Source: Eledone cirrhosa
Lineage: Eukaryota
Assembly: GCA_964016885.1 (NCBI GenBank)
Contig: OZ024743.1
Span: 271,684,001 to 271,748,000, forward strand
DNA length: 64,000 nucleotides
Direction: 5' to 3'
Positions 24,685-36,860 of this stretch are shown here, piece by piece. The notes under the pieces are model-generated. The model ran no database searches. It was not told the origin of the DNA and worked only from the letters and a program-made list of their open reading frames with translations. The translations under genes were made by a program, and so were the position numbers. The first letter of the stretch is position 1; each line of letters begins with the position of its first letter.

Positions 24685-26171
24685 CTTCTTAGTTGTTACT
24701 TCAAAACTAGTTGTAATGGGAATAGTTGTGGTATGGGCTCTGGTGGTAGTGGTAGGGGTTCTGGTGGTAGTAGTGTGGGCTCTGGTGGTGGTGGTAGGGG
24801 TTGTAGTGGTAGTGGTGGTAGTGTTTGGGGCTGTAGTGGTGGTGGTAGTATTTGGGGCTGTAGTGGTGGTAGTATTTGGGGCTGTGGTGGTGGTAGTGTT
24901 TGGGACTGTAGTGGTGGTAGTGTTTGGGGCTGTAGTGGTGGTAGTATTTGGGGGTGTAGTGGCGTTAGTGTTTGGGGCTGTAGTGGTGGTAGTATTTGGG
25001 GCTGTAGTGGCGGTAGTATTTGGGGCTGTAGTGGCGGTAGTATTTGGGGCTGTAGTGGCGATAGTGTTTGGGGCTGTAGTGGTGGTAGTATTTGGGGGTG
25101 TAGTGGTGGTAGTATTTGGGACTGTAGTGGTGGTAGTATTTGGGGCTGTAGTGGTCGTTGGATCTTGAGTGGTGGTGGTGGTTGTGGTCGTGGTTGGGGC
25201 TGTAGTGGTGGTAGTATTTGGGGCTGTAGTGGTCGTTGGATCTTGAGTGGTGGTGGTCGTGGTCGTGGTTGGGGCTGTAGTGGTGGTAGTATTTGGGGCT
25301 GTAGTGGTCGTTGGATCTTGAGTGGTGGTGGTGGTTGTGGTCGTGGTTGGGGCTGTAGTGGTGGTAGTATTTGGGGCTGTAGTGGTCGTTGGATCTTGAG
25401 TGGTGGTGGTGGTTGTGGTCGTGGTTGGGGCTGTAGTGGTGGTAGTATTTGGGGCTGTAGTGGTCGTTGGATCTTGAGTGGTGGTGGTGGTTGTGGTCGT
25501 GGTTGGGGCTGTAGTGGTGGTAGTATTTGGGGCTGTAGTGGTCGTTGGATCTTGAGTGGTGGTGGTGGTTGTGGTCGTGGTTGGGGCTGTAGTGGTGGTA
25601 GTATTTGGGGCTGTAGTGGTCGTTGGATCTTGAGTGGTGGTGGTGGTTGTGGTCGTGGTTGGGGCTGTAGTGGTGGTAGTATTTGGGGCTGTAGTGGTCG
25701 TTGGATCTTGAGTGGTGGTGGTGGTTGTGGTCGTGGTTGGGGCTGTAGTGGTGGTAGTATTTGGGGCTGTAGTGGTCGTTGGATCTTGAGTGGTGGTGGT
25801 GGTTGTGGTCGTGGTTGGGGCTGTAGTGGTGGTAGTATTTGGGGCTGTAGTGGTCGTTGGATCTTGAGTGGTGGTGGTGGTTGTGGTCGTGGTTGGGGCT
25901 GTAGTGGTGGTAGTATTTGGGGCTGTAGTGGTCGTTGGATCTTGAGTGGTGGTGGTGGTTGTGGTCGTGGTTGGGGCTGTAGTGGTGGTAGTATTTGGGG
26001 CTGTAGTGGTCGTTGGATCTTGAGTGGTGGTGGTGGTTGTGGTCGTGGTTGGGGCTGTAGTGGTGGTAGTATTTGGGGCTGTAGTGGTCGTTGGATCTTG
26101 AGTGGTGGTGGTGGTTGTGGTCGTGGTTGGTTCCTCAGTGGTTGAAGTCATTGTTGTTGTTGTGGATTCTT
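24685..26171 (-). CDS. Host gene exon: Thr-rich mucin-like stalk (~495 aa)
   Basis: CAG acceptor at 26172-4, donor AAG|GTAAAA, phase 1-0; 13 near-identical 78-bp units (QDPTTTTAPNTTTTTAPTTTTTTTTT) followed by 24-bp APNTTTTT units; all length variants are multiples of 3. Confidence 0.85.
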
Positions 26172-26204
26172 CTGTAATAAAAAATATTATGTATGCATAT
26201 ATGC

Positions 26205-26550
26205 ATATATATATAAGAAGAAATTAAAAGATGGTTAAAGTTCCATGTATTTTATTATGCGCATTTCAAAAACAAATATCATCCCGGGACAATATTTGCG
26301 TTCTCATCAGATAAAATAGGGAGACATGATATGAAGCTTAAAAAAAAAACACTTGTGAGCAAGGTAGTGTCTAATCAGAACGCAAATATCGTCCCAGGAT
26401 GATATTTGTTTTTGAAATGCGCATAATAAAATACATGGAACCATCTTTTAATTTCTTCTTATATATACTCCAGTCCAATAAACTGTTGAGTGCTACTTAT
26501 CCGATATTTGTGTTGTTTTATTGTGCTTCAATAAAACTCACCTCCTACAT
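26205..26550. mobile_element. Penelope-like pLTR pair in inverted orientation
   Basis: 26207-26303 and 26377-26467 are inverted copies; 26467-26548 matches the reverse complement of 29051-29132; bounded by (TA)n. Confidence 0.7.
26248..26318 (-). ncRNA. Type-I hammerhead ribozyme (canonical core, palindromic stem III)
   Basis: Minus: TATTTTAT-CTGATGA-GAACGCAAATATTGTCCCGGGATGATATTTGTTTTT-GAAA-TGCGCA-TA-ATAAAATA; 8-bp stem I, long stem II, AUA cleavage triplet. Confidence 0.8.
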
Positions 26551-26734
26551 ATATATATATATATATGTATAAGCACTAATCTTCACCTGATTTCATTGTT
26601 TAACATATATATATATAGATGTCTGTGTGTATGTAGTTCTTATTTAATCATGTAACAATACAACTCTGTCTAAATGTTCATTTATACACACACACACACA
26701 TATATATATATATATCATCATCATCATCATTATT

Positions 26735-27052
26735 TTACGTCCGCTTTTCCCTGCTTGCAAGGGTGGGACGGGAACTGATTCTGGCTCCATTTCTACAGCT
26801 GGATGTTCTTCCTAACACCAACCTCATTTACAGTGAGTGCTGAGTGCTTTTTGCCGTGGCACCTTAACAACCACTTTGCATTGGAATGATATGGACCCCA
26901 GTCCTATCATCTCATTTCTACAGCTGAGTAAACTGGAGCAATGTGAAATAAAGTGTCTTGCTCAAGGAAACAACACATCACCCGGTCTGAGAATTGAACT
27001 CACAACCTTTCGATTGCAAGGCCAATGCTCTAACCACTAAGCCATGTGCCTC
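26735..27052 (-). mobile_element. tRNA-SINE family 2 with RTE-derived 3' tail
   Basis: GGAGGCACATGGCTTAGTGGTTAGAGC head; tail GGTGTTAGGAAG...GGACGTAAAA(TGA)n shared with the RTE 3'UTR; inverted partial copy at 27790-28010. Confidence 0.75.
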
Positions 27053-27757
27053 CAGTAATAAATAAAATACATTAATAAATAAAATCTTTATTGTAATACT
27101 GCAAATTTTCACCACAATCTGTCCACTAATAAAGATACTTTAAATATTTGAATTAGCAAACTTGGTTTTAGATATTTTGTATGTATTTTGTATGGTTTTA
27201 GATATTTTGTATGTATGTATGTGTGTGTGTATATCTGCTTCAGATTGTGCTCGAGTGCTACAGGTAACATGTAACCCACTTTTATGACTAAACTAGCAAC
27301 CACCCAAGCTTGCTTGATGAGGAAGCTGATTTTTGGACACCCTGTGGGAGGCAAAACAAAACCTGTTAAAGAGCAAAGGACTTCAGGAGAGTCAATGGTC
27401 ATGCAATTATGTGTAAAAAAAAAAAAAATCTGTAATGACAGACCTCATTAACCTTGGCAATCTGTCAAGGAGAAGGATCATAGGATCATTCTGATTTCAA
27501 AACTGAGTTGATGGGACTTATTAGTTACCTCAGGGACAACCTTTCAAGTGGCCTATAGCTTCATTCTTGTGATGAACACAGATGAACTACAGCTCAGAAA
27601 CCAGCTTCCAAGTAATGATTGGACAAGGATTCAGGACCCACCAACATCAATTTTTGTCAATGAGAATCATGGACATAAAGCATCATATAGATGAGCATTG
27701 GTGCTATTGTCCATAGTTCCCAACCCTCAGCAATGAACATGGGAAGAAATCAGACCA

Positions 27758-27792
<35 letters not shown>

Positions 27793-28756
27793 TGCTCCAG
27801 TTTACTCAGCTGTAGAAATGAGATGATAGGGATTGGGGTCCTTATCATTCCACTGCAAAGTGGTCGTGGAGGTGCCACGGCAAAAAAGCACCCAGCACTC
27901 ACTGTAAATGAGGTTGGTGTTAGGAAGGGCATCCAGCTGTAGAAATCAAGCCAGAATCAGTTCCCGTCCCACCCTTGCAAGCAGGGAAAAGCGGACGTAA
28001 AATGATGATAAATGATACACATATGTGAAAAGAAAACAACACAGCAAAATGATACAGTACAATGAAGATGTATATTAGTTTAATGCTTGATATAGTATGA
28101 AAAGTGTCTTAACATTTCAAACATTAGTCCTTCGTCAAAATATTGAATCAGAAATAAAAGAAGTAATAGAAAGACAGAAGAGAATGAGAAGAGGAAGAAG
28201 CATAAAAATTTGGGGTGGGTTGGGAGAAAAAGCACTTGTTTGTTTGGGGCAGTGCTGGTTTTAAATGAAGCAAGCATGCTTTGATAAGTGTGCAATGTTA
28301 TAATATGTCAATGACAAATCATAGTTGAGGAATCAGATATAGTATGCAGCAGAGAGGACTGTGCTGATATGGACATGTGATGCATATGGATGATGATCAT
28401 TGTATAAATTCCAGTAGAAGGAAGCTGAAGTAAACGAAGACCAAGGAATATCTGGGCAGAGTTTAGGGAATCTGATCTCAAATCACTGAAGCTCAAAGAG
28501 GAGATGGTGATTGACTGCAACGAGTGGAGGGATGCTGTGCTAGAAAACATTGATTCAACCCATGAAAGCATGGGAAAGTGGGTGTAAAATGAGGATGATG
28601 ATGATGATATAGATGTCAACCAGGATATGAGTTTATATCCTAATTGCCTACTTATTCAATAACAGGGATTTGATAAATTTAGAGAAAATAGGAAAACTAA
28701 ATATTGCTTTTTAACCACGCAAACTTATATATCTAATTATGTGGAAGAAATCCAAT

Positions 28757-28804
<48 letters not shown>

Positions 28805-29016
28805 ATAATATATTAATGACGTATTATATTCGTTTTTTCCCGTTCTTTGCCAGAGAACGTTTCCACGAACCAAAGTATCGTCTTCCTGTCTTCCTTCGGT
28901 TGCAACGTTTTTTGAAATATCCACTTCTGCGTTTACAGATTGACTTTGTTAGTTTCAGAAGATCCCGTTAAGGGTGAAAGCAGCGATTTTTACTTAAAAT
29001 TTAATCTGTTATTTTA

Positions 29017-29053
<37 letters not shown>

Positions 29054-29174
29054 AGAGGTGAGTTTTATTGTAGTACAGTAAAGCAATGCAAATATCGGAT
29101 AAGTAGCACTCTACAGTTTGTAGGACTGGAGTATAAATAATATAAGATCAAAAGATGGTTAAAAGAGTTCCAAG

Positions 29175-29245
29175 TATTTTATTATGCGCATTTCAAAAAC
29201 AAATATCATCATGAGATGATATCTGCGTTTTCATCAGATAAAATA
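29175..29245 (-). ncRNA. Type-I hammerhead ribozyme (second copy of the same family)
   Basis: Minus: TATTTTAT-CTGATGA-AAACGCAGATATCATCTCATGATGATATTTGTTTTT-GAAA-TGCGCA-TA-ATAAAATA. Confidence 0.8.
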
Positions 29246-29949
29246 GGGATACATGATATGAAGGTTAAAAAACACTTGTGAATAGTGAAGTTTTAAATCA
29301 ACATATGAAAAATAATTTAAGATTGATGTGTGATATTGGGAAAAAGTGGGGGGGGGGGGTGGAAAGGGTGAGAAAGAGGAGGAGATGAGAGTAGAGAATG
29401 GTGGGGGATGAGTATAAGAAGGAAGGATGAGAGAGGAGGAGAGATGGGTGATAGAGAGACAGAGAGATAGCCTTTACAACTGAGAAAAATATATATTGTC
29501 TCACAGAGAGAAGTTAAAAAAGGGGTTGGAAGATAATAGATAATTTAAAAGAATTTGAAATTAAAAGTTGATGAAGAGAAAAAGGGGGGTTAAGAATAAT
29601 ATTAAGGTTTGTATATTGAAGGGTTTAATAATATGTGCAAGGAAAAGAAATTGTTAATATGTATTATTTAAATAAAAATATTAATGTTGTTAAGGATATA
29701 CTGTGAAAATAAGTAGAAGAGTGGATGAGTTATGAATTTAGAGGAATTATTTAGTGTTTAAGTTTGTTTTTATGTAATGTAATATGTGTGCGTAATATAT
29801 GTAAATAGTTTAATCTCTTTATGCATTATTTTAATTTTAGTTTTAGGTAAATAATTTTCTCTGTTCAATTTCAATCAATAAATTTAATTTAACAACAATT
29901 AAAATCAATTAAAGGTTTAAAAGAAAATTGCTTATATTTTTCTACAAAC

Positions 29950-29979
29950 CTAATGTTATGAAATATGGTTCTGTCTCAG
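29950..29979 (-). CDS. Host gene 30-bp micro-exon (linker)
   Basis: tttcag acceptor, GTTTGT donor, phase 1-1; (S)ETEPYFITL. Confidence 0.55.
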
Positions 29980-30709
29980 CTGAAATATAATTAAAATATA
30001 ATTAAAAAGCGGTTGACATGATAAATGAGATTTATAGACATAAATTAAAAGCATAAATATTGAAGAGACAATTAACAAAATGAAAATATATTGTAATAAC
30101 AAAAAGAGTAACACTTAAGGAATTATGAATGAAGGACACATCATCATCATCATCATCATTATCATCATCATCATTTAACATCTGTCTTTCTTGCTAGCAA
30201 GTGTTGGATGGGTCTTCACACACTGAGTCAGTACTTAAGCTGGGCTGCTGACTTCTCAGAGGGGCTGGCGGCCTACATCTCACTTACATATGTTTCTGTG
30301 ATCTACTGAGTGTGTTTTATCCTGGCACCAGCACTAAGGTGGTTGTTATGTCTTTTACACAACCAAAGAGTCCTTTCTACAGCTGAATGCTCTTCCTATC
30401 ACCAACCACTCTACAGGGGTCGTTTATCATGTAGATTGCCAACACTAAAGTAATCATATACACATAACTAAAGATTTCAGAAACTAAATATATAAACGTC
30501 TTAAGCAAAGCTTCCCAAATTTTTCACATTTAAAATAAATGTTTTCATAGTTCATTAATTAAGTTTCATTAGTGACATAAAATTAACATAATAGAGTGAT
30601 AAATAAACAACTAAATATCATATCCAGTCAGGTGTTTAATTGTTAAGATCTCAAATATATACTTTTACAGTCAAATATCTAACTCTGATCATGCATATTG
30701 CAACTTCTC

Positions 30710-31050
30710 TAGTGCTGGTGCCATGATAAAATTCACCCAGTATACACGGTAAAGTGGTAGTGCTGGTGCCATGATAAAATTTACCCAGTATACATTGTAA
30801 AGTGGTAGTGCTGGTGCCATGATAAAGTTCACCCTGTACATTCTGTAAAGTAGTAATACAGGTGCCTTGATAACATTTACTCAGTACACTCTGTAGTGTG
30901 GTAGTGCTGGTGCCATGATAAATTTCACCTAGTACACTTTGTAATGTGGTAGAGCCACAATAAACTTCACCTAGTACACTCTGTAAAGTGATAGTGGCGG
31001 TGCCATGATAAAGTGCACCCAATACATTCTGTAAAGTAGCTGGTGTTAGG
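30710..31050. repeat. ~48-bp tandem repeat derived from the SINE/RTE tail
   Basis: AGTGCTGGTGCCATGATAAA.TTCACCCAGTACAC..TGTAAAGTGGT units. Confidence 0.7.
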
Positions 31051-31174
31051 AACGACACCCATCTGTTGAAACTATGCCAAATTAAACTCTGTTATGGACT
31101 TGGCAATTGGATAAAGGTACAAACATATGACAACCTTTCTAGTACTGGTGTCACAATAAAATACATTCAGTTAA

Positions 31175-31395
31175 CCCATTAGCATTTAAACCGGCCATAT
31201 CCGGCCAGAATTCTCTCACCTTTTCCTATCCAAACAGGCTGTAACTGGCCACTTATACTGTGGTTAAGATATTGTTCTCAAAATAAATAACATCAAAATC
31301 TCATAGATTCAATATTAGTTGAGATAATTATGTGAGATAAAGGCTTTATCACAAAAATACAGCAGTATATATAGAGTAATGTAAATGCTAAAGGG
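31175..31395. mobile_element. piggyBac-type MITE
   Basis: TTAA|CCCATTAGCATTTA...TAAATGCTAAAGGG|TTAA, 14-bp TIR with one mismatch. Confidence 0.75.
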
Positions 31396-32130
31396 TTAAG
31401 CTAGTCAGTAAAGTGGAAATACTGGTGTCACAATAAAATACACTCATTCCACTCTGTAAAATGATAGTGCTGGTGTTATAAAACAACACACCCAGTACAT
31501 CCCGTAAGGCATTTGGTGTTAGGAAGAGCATCCAATCATAGAAACCATGCCAAAATATGTAACATATGAATGAGATGAGATTATTCCAACTCTTCAGGTC
31601 TTGGACCATGACAACCCATCCAACCCATAGCAGCATGGAAAGTGGATTTAAAAAAATGATGATGATAATTATTTCTACATTTGGCAAAAGGCCAGAAATT
31701 TGAGGAGAAGAGGAAATTCGATTCAATCAATCCCAGTGCTTTACTGGTACTTTTTTTTCAACCCCAAAGGATGAAAGACAAAGCTAACTTTGGCAGAATT
31801 TGAACTCAGAACGTGAAGGGCCATAACTATATGTTACAAAGTATGTTGTCTGACACTCTATTGATACTGCCAATACACCACCCTAAATATAATTGTTTCT
31901 ACTTTAGGCACAAGGCCAGCAAATACCCAGTGCATTACTGGTACTTTATTTTATCGACCCCGTAAGGATGAAAGGCAAAGTCAACCACCCTAAATATAAT
32001 GATAATAAGTGTGTGTGTATGCATGTGCACGTGTTTGTCTGTGTGTGTGTGTGCAAGTGTGTGTATTTGTGTGTATGTGTGTGTGTGCATATGTGGGTGT
32101 GTGCATATGTGTGCGTGTGCATTTGTGCAT

Positions 32131-32163
<33 letters not shown>

Positions 32164-32249
32164 ATTTGAGAAGATTGTAGATACTACATCTAACTGGTAC
32201 ACTGATCATGTATTTAGTGATGCCCTCTTTGGTGACAGATAAATGTCAG

Positions 32250-32580
32250 ATACAGAATCAAGGATCAGAAAATTAAAATATAGACTTAAAATGTTAAATA
32301 TAGAATCAAGGTTCAGAAAACTAATTAAAGACTTAACATTTTAGATAGAGAATCAAGGCTCAGAAAATTAAAAATATAGACTTAAAATGTTAGATATAGA
32401 ATCAAGGATCAGAAAATTAAAATGAAGGCTTAAAATGTTTGATATATAATCAAGGTTCAGAAAATTAAAATAAAGACTTAAAATGTTAAATATAGAATCA
32501 AGGCTCAGAAAACTAAATAAAGACTTAACATGTTAGACAAAGAATCAAGGCTCAGAAAATTAAATAAAGACTTAAAATGA
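32250..32580. repeat. ~47-bp minisatellite next to the exon donor
   Basis: AGAATCAAGG(A/C/T)TCAGAAAATTAAAATA..GACTTAAAATGTT units, ~7 copies. Confidence 0.8.
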
Positions 32581-32593
32581 ATATGCTGCTCAC

Positions 32594-32698
32594 ATGGTTT
32601 TTCACAAATTTCTGAATGGTTCGAGGAGTTGTAATCTCCTACTAAAAAACTTCCATTTTGGTAAAGGATTTGGCTTCCAGCTCCGTATTGGCTTCCAT
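32594..32698 (-). CDS. Host gene exon: end of C-type lectin-like domain
   Basis: TAG acceptor, GTGAGC donor, phase 1-1; GSQYGAGSQILYQNGSFLVGDYNSSNHSEICEKP (CTL-type 'ICEK' end). Confidence 0.75.
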
Positions 32699-32762
32699 CT
32701 ATATAGAAACATAAATATACACAAGATAATTTAACAAAGACCCTTTCATTTGCTCTCTGTCA

Positions 32763-32805
<43 letters not shown>

Positions 32806-33364
32806 TGCATACATACATACATGCTTACATGCATACATATATATATATAGGGAAAAGCGGACGTAAAATGATGATGATGATGATGATATAACCCTCACCA
32901 CACACACCCCATTCCCCCTCTTACACACACACTCCTAGGTGCTGCCCCTTGTGATGTGGTTGGTAATAGGAGGACCCTTCAGTCACGCCAAGGCGTCAAA
33001 GCCTCCTTAGAGTTTGGGGAGCTATGTGATAAATGCACCCAGTACACTCTGTAAAGTGGTTGGCGATGGGAAGGGCATCTACCCATAGAAAACTTGCCAA
33101 ACAAATGGTTGGGAAGACCCTTTAGTTGTGCCAAGGCATGACAGCCTCCCAAGTGTTTGGTGATCTACATGATAAACACACCCAGTACATGCTGTAAAGT
33201 GGTTGGTTAAAGGAGGGGCATCCAACCATAGAAAGCTTTCCAAGCTAAGGGTCGGGAGGACCTTTCAATCATGTCAATGAATTGACAGCCTCCCTAGTGT
33301 TGGTGATTTATACAATAAACACACTCACTACACGATGTAAAGTGGTTGGTGATAGGAAGGGCAA

Positions 33365-35160
33365 CTTGTTACCTACTCTTACTTTACTGATGACTTCTCT
33401 GTACATAGCTTGCACTGTGCTCACAAGTCATTCTTCTGTGCCTAGTTTCCTTAAGGAACATCAGGTGACAGATCGTGGTACTCTGTCAAAAGCCTCCTCC
33501 AGATCAATGTAAGCTAGACATAGTGCCTTACTAGGAAAGTTTCTTGTAATTGTCTCACCAAGAAGAGGGCATTTGTGGTGCTCCTCCCTGGCACAAAACC
33601 TAATATTATCTCATCATATTTGACTCGTTCCCTAATTAGTTGTGCTAAAACTTTTTCTATCACTTTCATAACTTGATTCATCAGTTTTATATCCCTGTCA
33701 TTGCTCCTTTCTTGTGCATCAATTTTTTCCTTGTAACAATTAATGAGTATACTGTTATACCAGTGTGTATGACCCCATCATGTTTTACATGATAGATTAT
33801 GCAGGTGATTAGTTTGACTCCTATATCACCAAAAGATTTCAGCACCTCAGCAACTATTTGTGATGGACCAGTGGTGTTACAATTTTTCATCTTGCTTGCT
33901 TCCTTGACTCTAAAATTGTCAACTTTGACAACTGGTCCCCCTATCAGCTGGGGGTTGGCTCTTTTCCTCCCACACATTCTTCCGATTCATCAACCACTCA
34001 TAATTGCATTTCCAGGCTCCTGTCGGTTGAGTGATGACTTCTCTAAGTGATCTAAGTAAACCTGTGTCATTTTTTCCTAATAACTTCCTGGTTTTCACTG
34101 CCTCAATGCTTTGTCATGCAGATCACCTTACATCACTGATCCTCATGTCTTCAGCTTCTTTGCATCTAAATATATGTCTGATGTATAGCTTCTTTTAAGC
34201 TACCTGATACTGATCATTGCAGTCCTAAATTTTCTAGTCCTTCTCCATCTGTATCTTGGCTTTAACAGCTCTATCTCTAGTGCTGTTCTACCACCAGATC
34301 ACTCTCTGTCTGACTGGTGCTTTTTCCCAGCCACAGTAGATTGCAGTATGTTATCTCGTAGAAACTTCTAATTGTCCTCTATATCATATGTATCTAACTC
34401 CTCTTCCTTCTTATCATATGCCTCATAAAGAGGTTTTCTAAATTTATATTTAACAGACAGGTCACTTAACTTCCATATTCACCTCCTCCAGATTTTCCTG
34501 CATATCTTGTTCCAGCTTGTGCTTATTCTGATGTCACTAATACCTAACTTATGTTGTGTGGTGCATTCTCCTCCAGGTAAGGACTTAACATTTACAACCA
34601 TCTGTCATCCTATTTTCTAACAAGTAAAAAGTCAATTTGGTTTGTGTCTTTGCTTAATTGGTAGGCAATCAGGTGTCTGACAAGTTTCCTGAAGTTAGTG
34701 TAACAAATAATTAGCTGATTTGCATTACAGAATTCTAGAAGCCTCACTCCCTTTTCATTTCTCAAGCCATAACCATAGCCCCTGTGTATTCCAGTGTAGT
34801 CTTCCTGTTGCTGCCCAACATGTTCATAGAAGTCACCAGCTAGGATGATGAGGTTTCTGTAATCTGTAACTGAGGTTGTCTATAGGAGTATCACACAGAA
34901 ATAGTCGTTTTGTTCTTTACTCAGTCCTGTTTGGGATGTATAGCTTGAGATAATTATTGTCAGTTGCCTATGACTATTCCAAGCTTAATATTTATGTCAC
35001 TCTAACTACTTCAATTACCTTGAATATCTCCTCTAGTAGAATGCTTACTCCATCTACCCAATCATTTACTACCAAGAAAGCTTATATATAAGCTGTTTGC
35101 CAGTGAGGAATCTGGCCAAGGCTCCTCTCAATTTCATTTCTTTGACACAGAACCCACCCA
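33365..35160 (-). mobile_element. Degenerate RTE LINE (APE + RT)
   Basis: DLEEAFDRVPRSV, GPSQIVAEVLK, GEECTTQHKL remnants homologous to 19460-21641. Confidence 0.8.
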
Positions 35161-35609
35161 CCATATAAGGATTGGCCCCTAATTCCTAATGGAATTGTAG
35201 GGATGCCAGCTTGACTCAGCCATTTCATCTTACTGTATTAGGATACACTGTTGCAATGGTAAATGCAGAGAAATATTAACTGTAATGCTCTGACTAAATC
35301 CACTTCCTGCCTTTTCTCTCAACACAGAGAGCAGTTAAGTAACCTGTTAGAAATAGGAGCCAAATCTTCCTCATAAACACCCTATTGCTATAAATAAAGA
35401 ACAACACATTTGTCAAGGGTGTACAAAGAGAAGGGATAGTCATGCCTGGAATGCCTTCGATCATTGTTGGTCAGTTGAATCAAGGCTGGCTGGGAGCTAA
35501 ACATCATCATCATAATTGGTATGCAAATAACTCAACATAAAAGGTTATACGTACTCAATTGATCTGCTAGAAATAGAAGTCAAATCACTAAGTGTTTCAA
35601 TATACTTAC

Positions 35610-35692
35610 TATTGAGATAAGAGCCAATATCTGGAAAATCCCAGTCTCCATTAACATTTTTGATAGAACTTAAAAGGAATTCTTCATAAAAA
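35610..35692 (-). CDS. Host gene exon: middle of C-type lectin-like domain
   Basis: TAG acceptor after pyrimidine tract, GTAAGT donor, phase 2-1 fits both neighbours; FYEEFLLSSIKNVNGDWDFPDIGSYLN. Confidence 0.75.
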
Positions 35693-36341
35693 CTAAAATG
35701 AAAAAAGAGATAGGTAAAAAGAAAGAGAGAGAGAGATGAGAGAATTATGGAAGTATCTGTTGTTATTAAATAATAGTTTCTGATTTAAGCACAAGGCCAA
35801 CAAATTTTGATGGGGAGGGAAAAGTTGATTAAATTGACCTCAGTATGTTACAGGTACTTTATTTTATTGACCGCTGTAAGGATGAAAGTAAAGTTAACCT
35901 TGGTGGATTTTTTAACTCAGAATAGAAAGGGCCATAGATAAATAATGGCTTTTGATTTAAGCACAAGGCCAGCAATTTTAGGGGAGGGGAAAGTCGATTA
36001 CATTGATCCCAGTGATTTTATTTAATCGACCCCTTAAGGATGAAAGACAAAGCTAAACTAGGTGAGATTTGAACTCAGAATGTAAAGGACCAGAACAAAT
36101 ACTACAACAGCCATTTGTTTGATGCTCTTATGACTCAGCCAATCCCTTTCTCTGTTGTTATTAGATAATAGCTAGAACTATAATCAAAATACACCTTGAA
36201 ACGTAGAGATTCACAATATATAAAAATAAATGATATGGATTCCTTGCATAGATACAAGACCAAGGGCTTTTAATGTCTTAGAAAATATTACAATCAGAAA
36301 GAGAATGAAATTTAATAGACAAACCTATGTGGAGGTCCCTC

Positions 36342-36397
<56 letters not shown>

Positions 36398-36496
36398 ATA
36401 ATAATAAATTTGAAGACTAAAATCCAAAGAGTTTCAGAAGATCCCGTTAAGGGTGAAAGCAGCGATTCTTTGCTTAAACTTTAATCTGTTATTTTA

Positions 36497-36568
<72 letters not shown>

Positions 36569-36763
36569 TAAAATAACAGATTAAAGTTTAAGCAAAGAAT
36601 CGCTGCTTTCAAAATAGGGGGTGCATAGGGCAAAGATATTTTGAATTCATATTCTAAATACTAAGTCATGCAAGCTTTTTTGAAACTATATACATATATA
36701 TATATATATATATAAATTATAAGTGTAAAGAACAGATAAACAAAAATATACTCAATTTATCTT

Positions 36764-36860
36764 CGAAGTCCTGACTGCGCAGTTTCAGCGATTAGTATGC
36801 AGCTCAAGTGCAACTAAAGTGCACTCAGGCTGTGAGGTTATTGGCTTGTCAAGAGACTCC
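36764..36860 (-). ncRNA. Hammerhead-like motif, U3-A8 core variant
   Basis: GGAGTCTC-TTGACAA-long stem II-GAAA-CTGCGCAG-TC-AGGACTTC; palindromic stem III. Confidence 0.55.

Noticed and set aside
24659-26145. Gly/Cys/Trp-rich and Val-rich plus-strand ORFs
   Set aside because: Antisense shadows of the mucin exon, which has phase-consistent splice sites on the minus strand
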